Source: Chlamydiia bacterium
GTDB lineage: Bacteria > Chlamydiota > Chlamydiia > Chlamydiales > Parachlamydiaceae
Direction: 5' to 3'
Assembly: GCA_038257035.1 (NCBI GenBank)
Contig: JBBSJT010000032.1
Coordinates: 1 to 21,023 of the forward strand
Length of the DNA stretch: 21,023 nucleotides
The notes beneath the pieces are model-generated. The model was not told the DNA's origin, did no database searches, and was given only the letters and a program-made list of their open reading frames with translations. Below are positions 15,681 to 21,023 of this stretch, piece by piece. Every line of letters starts with the position of its first letter. Position 1 is the stretch's first letter. The translations under genes were made by a program, and so were the position numbers.

Positions 15681-15853
15681 TGTTGCGATTCGATAAATAA
15701 CAACACTTAACCTAATTTTAATGTGGCGATTAAATAATTGCAACACATAAACCTGATTTAATGTTGTGATTCTGTAAATTACAACAGTAAAAACTGTTTT
15801 AATGTTGTGATTCGTCCAATCGCAACAAATAAACCTGTTTTAATGTTGCGATT
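15681..15853. repeat. Tandem array of 4 full plus 1 partial ~41-bp units, each with a TGTTGCGATT-N4/5-AATYRCAACA palindrome
   Basis: Units start at 15681, 15722, 15762, 15803 and 15844 (periods 41, 40, 41, 41). The linker is approximately NNTAAACCTG(A/T)TTTAA. Confidence 0.92.
15715..15743 (-). promoter_or_regulatory. Putative sigma70-type promoter of the fic gene embedded in the repeat array
   Basis: Minus strand TTGCAA (15743-15738), 17-nt spacer, TAAAAT (15720-15715). Confidence 0.55.
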
Positions 15854-15965
15854 AATCGACCCAATTGATCCAATTGTTTCTTTGGAGTAGAGCAGTATAT
15901 AAAAATATTGAAAAATTAAACCGTTAAGGCTATCACTGATTTTTTACTACTATTTTATTGGATGT

Positions 15966-16808
15966 ATGAAAAGATTTATCATTCTGCTTATCATTTTGGG
16001 CCTAATAGGGGTGGCAATTAAATTTGCATATGATCATTTTAATCTACAAAAAAACCCAAATGAACTGATTCTTTATGGTAACGTAGAAGTTCGGCAAGTA
16101 GACATCAGTTTTCGCATTCCTGGACAAGTAGAAGAATTGCATTTTCAAGAAGGTGATGTTGTTGCCAAGGGAAGTTTAATGGCAACGCTTGATACATCAC
16201 CTTATCAATCGCAAGTCAATCAAGCATCCTTTACAACAAAGGCTTTAAAAACAAACCTTGACAACGCTAAAGTTATTTTTGAAAGACGAAAGGAAATCGG
16301 TCAACGAGGCAGCATTTCAAAAGAAGACTTAACTAATACTGAATCAAACTATAACCAATTGCTTGCACAATATGCGGCCTCAAAAGCTTCCTTGACTATT
16401 GCAGAAGACAATTTAAAACATACAAAAATATATGCGCCAACTGATGGGATCATTCTAACGCGTGTACGAGAGCCGGGATCCGTAGTTCGTGAAGCTGAAC
16501 CGGTTTTTACTCTTTCAATTTTAACCCCTGTTTGGATTCGTGCATTCGTAAATGAAATTCATTTAGGAGAAGTTGAAAATGGAATGGAGGTAGAAGTTAC
16601 AACAGACAATCCAAATGGCCATTCTTATATTGGAAGAATTGGTTTTATTTCACCAATTGCTGAATTTACCCCGAAAACTGTAGAAACTACAGATCTTCGC
16701 ACAAACCTTGTTTACCGTTTAAGAATATATGTGGATCAACCGGATGCGGGATTGCGTCAAGGTATGCCGGTTACTGCTAAAATAAAATTAAAGCATGCTG
16801 GATCATGA
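15966..16808 (+). CDS. ybhG: HlyD-family membrane fusion protein (YbhG-like)
   Basis: N-terminal membrane anchor, LYGNVEVRQVDISFRIPG, IYAPTDG and GFISPIAEFTPKTVETTDLRTNLVYRLRI; first gene of the ABC operon. Confidence 0.85.
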   Translation: MKRFIILLIILGLIGVAIKFAYDHFNLQKNPNELILYGNVEVRQVDISFRIPGQVEELHFQEGDVVAKGSLMATLDTSPYQSQVNQASFTTKALKTNLDNAKVIFERRKEIGQRGSISKEDLTNTESNYNQLLAQYAASKASLTIAEDNLKHTKIYAPTDGIILTRVREPGSVVREAEPVFTLSILTPVWIRAFVNEIHLGEVENGMEVEVTTDNPNGHSYIGRIGFISPIAEFTPKTVETTDLRTNLVYRLRIYVDQPDAGLRQGMPVTAKIKLKHAGS

Positions 16809-18523
16809 TCCAAGCTACAAACATACTAGTTTCCATTCAAAATATTTCAAAAGTTTTTGCTAAAGGTGAAAAACCGGCTGTTGAAAATATTACAGGCATT
16901 GTGCCAAAAGGTGAAATCGTCGGTCTCGTGGGACCTGATGGTGCCGGAAAAACAACATTGATTCGTCTAATAGCAGGATTATTAAAACCATCAACCGGTT
17001 CAATTTCCGTAGACGGTTTTGATACAATAAAAGAACCTGAAATTGTGCGTTACCTGATCGGATACATGCCTCAAAAATTTGGATTATACGAAGATCTTAC
17101 CGTCATGCAAAATTTAAATCTATTTGCAGATCTTCGTGGTGTTCCTGTGGATGAAAAACAAGCAACTTTTGACAAATTATTAAAATTTACAAATTTAAAA
17201 CCTTTTGTAGATCGTTTATCCGGAAATCTTTCGGGGGGCATGAAACAAAAATTAGGCTTGGCCTGTGCTCTTGTTAAAAAACCGACTCTTTTATTGCTCG
17301 ATGAACCAAGTGTGGGTGTGGATCCTATTTCAAGACGTGAACTGTGGAAAATGGTGACCGAGCTTACAAAAGAGGGTATATCTGTTGTTTGGAGTACTGC
17401 TTATTTGGATGAAGCTGAAAAATGTGACACCGTGCTGCTGATCAATGACGGAAAACTACTCTTTAATGGTAAGCCCAAAGATCTAACAAAAAGAGTTGAG
17501 GGCCAAGTTTTTAAAATCTCAAATTTAAAAGAAAATCGAAGGCTGCTTTTATCTGAACTTTTAAAACAAGATAATACTATTGACGGCATCATTCAAGGTA
17601 ATGATATTCGAATTGTTGTTAAAGATCCTAACTTAAAAGTTAAAACAAATGGTACTGTTACCCCTTGTGAACCAAGGTTTGAAGATGCCTTTATCGAAAT
17701 TTTAGGTGGTGCTCCAAAAAATGTTTCAGCATTAGCAACTTTGACCCCAATGATTAAAGAAACAGATGTGCCGATCATTGTAGCAGATAAATTAACAAAA
17801 AAATTTGGACATTTTATTGCTGCAGAAAACATTAATTTTTCTATTCCTCAAGGTCAAATTTTTGGCTTGTTAGGTCCAAATGGGGCCGGTAAGTCAACAA
17901 TATTTAAAATGCTTTGCGGATTATTAAAACCCACCAGCGGAAAAGCATCAGTTAAAGGTTATGATCTTGAAACAGCACCCGGTATTGCAAGATCACGCAT
18001 TGGGTATATGGCCCAAAAATTTTCACTTTATGGCTCACTTACTGTTTTGCAAAATTTAAATTTTTTTGCAGGGATCTATAATTTGTCAGGTCTTGAGCGT
18101 GATAAACAAGTAAAACAAATGGTAGAAATATTTAACTTACATGAGTATCAAAATACAAATTCAAGTGAGCTTCCCCTTGGCTTTAAGCAACGCCTTGCTC
18201 TTGCCTGTGCTAACATGCACCATCCTGATGTTTTATTTTTGGACGAGCCAACGTCAGGGGTCGATCCTTTGACAAGAAGAGAGTTTTGGAACCATATCAA
18301 TGGTCTTATTGAAAAAAGAGTGACAGTTATGGTAACTACTCATTTTTTGGATGAGGCTGAATATTGCGATCGCATTGCGTTTATTTATCGCGGTAAAATT
18401 ATTCAAATGGCAAGTCCTATGGAATTAAAGGAATCTGCAAAAACTGATCAAAATCCATCTCCAACCCTGGATGATGCTTTTGTAAAATTAATAGAGGAGT
18501 ATGATGCAGCAAACCCTCTCTAA
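16805..18523 (+). CDS. ybhF: ABC transporter ATP-binding protein with two NBDs (YbhF-like)
   Basis: Walker A GPDGAGKT and GPNGAGKS; signatures LSGGMKQK and LPLGFKQR; Walker B LLLDEP and LFLDEP. Confidence 0.9.
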   Translation: MIQATNILVSIQNISKVFAKGEKPAVENITGIVPKGEIVGLVGPDGAGKTTLIRLIAGLLKPSTGSISVDGFDTIKEPEIVRYLIGYMPQKFGLYEDLTVMQNLNLFADLRGVPVDEKQATFDKLLKFTNLKPFVDRLSGNLSGGMKQKLGLACALVKKPTLLLLDEPSVGVDPISRRELWKMVTELTKEGISVVWSTAYLDEAEKCDTVLLINDGKLLFNGKPKDLTKRVEGQVFKISNLKENRRLLLSELLKQDNTIDGIIQGNDIRIVVKDPNLKVKTNGTVTPCEPRFEDAFIEILGGAPKNVSALATLTPMIKETDVPIIVADKLTKKFGHFIAAENINFSIPQGQIFGLLGPNGAGKSTIFKMLCGLLKPTSGKASVKGYDLETAPGIARSRIGYMAQKFSLYGSLTVLQNLNFFAGIYNLSGLERDKQVKQMVEIFNLHEYQNTNSSELPLGFKQRLALACANMHHPDVLFLDEPTSGVDPLTRREFWNHINGLIEKRVTVMVTTHFLDEAEYCDRIAFIYRGKIIQMASPMELKESAKTDQNPSPTLDDAFVKLIEEYDAANPL

Positions 18524-19682
18524 TGAAAACCTCATCCAAAAAGAAAATAAAAAAATAAGATTGGCAAGCGCAAGGCGATTAACAGCCTTCATTCAAAAGG
18601 AATTTATTCAAATTTTTAAAGATCCAAGCACCCTATTAATTAGCGTGCTATTGCCTCTTTTGCTTTTATTTTTATATGGCTTTGGAGTTTCACTCGATTT
18701 AAATCATTTACGGCTAGGGCTTGTCTTAGAAGACACATCCGTTGAAGCCATGGACTTTGCCGAATCTTTAGTCAATTCCCCTTATTTTGACATTAAAATT
18801 GCAAGGGATAGACGGGAGTTAGATGAAGACCTTATCAGGGGGAATATTCGAGGAATGGTTGTTATTCCGGCCTACTTTTCTGCTTTTCGGTTAAATCAAA
18901 ACCGCATCGCTCCAATACAAGTAATTGCTGATGGAAGTGAGCCTAATACAGCAAGCTTTGTGCAATACTATGTGCAAGGAGCCTTCCAAAATTATTTGTC
19001 GCAAAAACAACTAAAAAGAGATGTAATAAGTGGTGCAGGCATCAATCTTATATCTCGATTTTGGTATAATGAAGAATTAGAAAGTCGCCATTTCCTTCTT
19101 TCGGGTTCACTTGCAATCATTATGACTCTTATTGGGACCCTTCTTACGGCACTTGTGGTTTCGAGGGAATGGGAAAGAGGGACAATGGAAACGCTCATGT
19201 CAACATCTTTAACAAAATATGAACTCATTGCAGGAAAGATTATTCCTTATTTTATTTTAGGCATGATTTCGATGATCATTTGTGTTGTGGTATCGGTTAT
19301 AGGATTTGGATTGCCTTTAAGGGGCTCCTGGTGGGTTTTAGTCATCGTTACGGCTCTTTTTTTATTTTCAGCTTTGGGTTTTGGGCTTCTTATTTCAACA
19401 ATTGCAAGAAGTCAGATGATTGCTTCACAAGTTGCAATTACAGCAGGTTTTTTACCGGCTTATATTCTTTCAGGATTCCTTTTTGAAATTTCCAGCATGC
19501 CTTACTGGATACAACTATTGACCTATGCCATTCCTGCAAAATATTTTGTCCAATGCCTTCAGACACTTTTTTTAGTGGGCAATGTTTGGAATTTGCTTTT
19601 GTATAATATGCTGTTTATGTTTATTGTCGGGTTAATATTATTCAACATCACTATCCACAAAACAGTAAAAAGACTAGATTGA
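18501..19682 (+). CDS. ybhS: ABC-2 type permease (YbhS-like)
   Basis: KEFIQIFKDP, DGSEPNTA, SREWERGTME and six hydrophobic segments; position in the operon. Confidence 0.85.
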   Translation: MMQQTLSNENLIQKENKKIRLASARRLTAFIQKEFIQIFKDPSTLLISVLLPLLLLFLYGFGVSLDLNHLRLGLVLEDTSVEAMDFAESLVNSPYFDIKIARDRRELDEDLIRGNIRGMVVIPAYFSAFRLNQNRIAPIQVIADGSEPNTASFVQYYVQGAFQNYLSQKQLKRDVISGAGINLISRFWYNEELESRHFLLSGSLAIIMTLIGTLLTALVVSREWERGTMETLMSTSLTKYELIAGKIIPYFILGMISMIICVVVSVIGFGLPLRGSWWVLVIVTALFLFSALGFGLLISTIARSQMIASQVAITAGFLPAYILSGFLFEISSMPYWIQLLTYAIPAKYFVQCLQTLFLVGNVWNLLLYNMLFMFIVGLILFNITIHKTVKRLD

Positions 19683-19712
19683 AGTGGAATAAGTGTATAA
19701 CAGTGAGTTTAT

Positions 19713-20822
19713 ATGTGGAATCGTGTTTTAGCTTTAATATGGAAGGAATTATTAGCTGTTTTAAAGGATAATAAAAGCCGTTATTCCATTATTATTCCAC
19801 CATTTATTCAATTATTTATTTTTACTTATGCTGCAACCCTTGATGTCAAAAATGTTCCGATCGGAATTTTAAATAAAGATTTTGGACAACAGTCTATTGA
19901 AATCATCGCAAGATTTCAAGGATCACCTATGTTTAATAATATTATTTATTTAGAGGCAGAGCAGCAAATTCCATCATTTGTTGACAATCAAAGGGGCCTT
20001 ATGGTTTTAACCATCCCGGAAAACTTTTCAAGACTTCTTAAAAGTAACAAAAGAGCAGACATCCAACTCATATTTGATGGAAGGCGGTCTAATTCAGCAC
20101 AGATTGTGGCAGGTTATGCAGGTAGTATTATAGAGCAGTTCAATCAAGATTTTTTTGCAAATAAGCAAGACAATGAAAATAATGTAAAACTTGTTCCAAG
20201 AAATTGGTTTAACCCAAATTTGCTTTATTATTGGTACAATATTCCCTCGCTCGTTGCAACCCTTTCTATGCTCACTTGTCTTGTTGTTACAACCCAGTCG
20301 GTTGCAAGAGAGCGAGAACTCGGAACATTTGATCAACTGCTTGTCTCGCCACTTGTTCCATTTGAAATTTTGATTGGTAAAATCATTCCGGGAATCATTG
20401 TAGGAATGCTGGAGGGTTGTTTATTAATTGCTGTCGGAGTTTTTATATTGAAAGTGCCATTTACAGGCTCTATCTTTCTATTGCTTTTGGCTTTATTTAC
20501 ATTTGTAACGGCGATCAGCGGTGTCGGATTATTTATATCTTCTATTTCCTCCACCCAGCAACAAGCAGTTTTAGGTACATTTGTTTTTATGATGCCTTCA
20601 ATATTATTATCAGGTTTTGCAACACCGATCGAAAACATGCCCGTGTGGCTGCAACCGGTTACGTATATTATCCCTCTCAAATACATGCTGATCATTTCCA
20701 AGGGTCTTTTTTTAAAAAGCATGCCTGCACATATCATCTTTGAAAATATCTGGCCAATTGCCGTTATTGGGATGTTTACGCTGCTAGGTGCTGCCACCTT
20801 CTTCAAAAAAAGAATCTCTTAA
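19713..20822 (+). CDS. ybhR: ABC-2 type permease (YbhR-like)
   Basis: DGRRSNSAQI, WFNPNL, SVARERELGTFDQLLVSP and LSGFATPIENMP. Confidence 0.87.
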   Translation: MWNRVLALIWKELLAVLKDNKSRYSIIIPPFIQLFIFTYAATLDVKNVPIGILNKDFGQQSIEIIARFQGSPMFNNIIYLEAEQQIPSFVDNQRGLMVLTIPENFSRLLKSNKRADIQLIFDGRRSNSAQIVAGYAGSIIEQFNQDFFANKQDNENNVKLVPRNWFNPNLLYYWYNIPSLVATLSMLTCLVVTTQSVARERELGTFDQLLVSPLVPFEILIGKIIPGIIVGMLEGCLLIAVGVFILKVPFTGSIFLLLLALFTFVTAISGVGLFISSISSTQQQAVLGTFVFMMPSILLSGFATPIENMPVWLQPVTYIIPLKYMLIISKGLFLKSMPAHIIFENIWPIAVIGMFTLLGAATFFKKRIS

Positions 20823-20939
20823 GCGGGAAAGAATAAGAGAAAAGAAGTGAAGTTAGAAAACGATCGAACTAATATTTATTTTGATTTATTTAAAGCTTTT
20901 ATTTATTATAATGCAATTAAAAAATAAGAAGAGAAAAAA

Positions 20940-21023
20940 ATGAATAATCTTGAAAATTCATGCCCTTGCGGAAGCCTTTTGAATTATGAAAATTGTTGCC
21001 ACCCCTTTCATGAAGGCTCAATA
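20940..21023 (+). CDS. SEC-C motif protein, YchJ-like; partial, runs off the right edge
   Basis: ATG at 20940 gives MNNLENSCPCGSLLNYENCCHPFHEGSI, with an N-terminal CPCGS..Y..CC.P.H motif. Confidence 0.75.
   Translation, partial: MNNLENSCPCGSLLNYENCCHPFHEGSI

Noticed and set aside
15681..15853. Mini-CRISPR interpretation of the 41-bp array
   Set aside because: Variable segments are only 4-5 nt, far too short for spacers, and no cas genes are present.
17401..20806. Short ORFs inside the ABC operon (17401-17592, 17593-17832, 18992-19228, 19280-19486, 20094-20336, 20191-20373, 20333-20806, 20417-20743)
   Set aside because: Antisense or alternative-frame shadows of well-supported ybhF/S/R-like genes.

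Overview
AT-rich bacterial window, most likely from an environmental Chlamydiae (Parachlamydiales-like) genome. That call rests on the tmRNA 5' end and 21-aa tag, a type-2 IleRS, and ankyrin/F-box-like genes. Left end: the 5' part of ileS (minus strand, runs off the window), divergent from ssrA/tmRNA (1949-2359). An accessory region follows with an SDR, an ankyrin protein, an F-box-like protein, a TOPRIM relic, a Nox-like flavocytochrome, a split F-box-like ORF, DUF72, a hypothetical gene and an AAA ATPase-wHTH. Next is a frameshifted HTH-Fic gene upstream of mutM and a GNAT. The right end holds a ybhG-F-S-R-like ABC efflux operon and the start of a SEC-C/YchJ gene. Most notable: (1) a family of ~162-bp long imperfect hairpin repeats that begins inside the tmRNA 3' end, is tandem there and recurs at 7.4 and 9.3 kb, with strand-specific G-U pairing and compensatory changes; (2) an F-box-like gene whose 3' end looks like a diversity-generating retroelement (DGR) variable region followed by a GGA-loop hairpin; (3) two different phased palindromic repeat arrays directly upstream of the two HTH-bearing genes (Fic and AAA ATPase). 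No integrase, transposase or reverse transcriptase is visible in the window.
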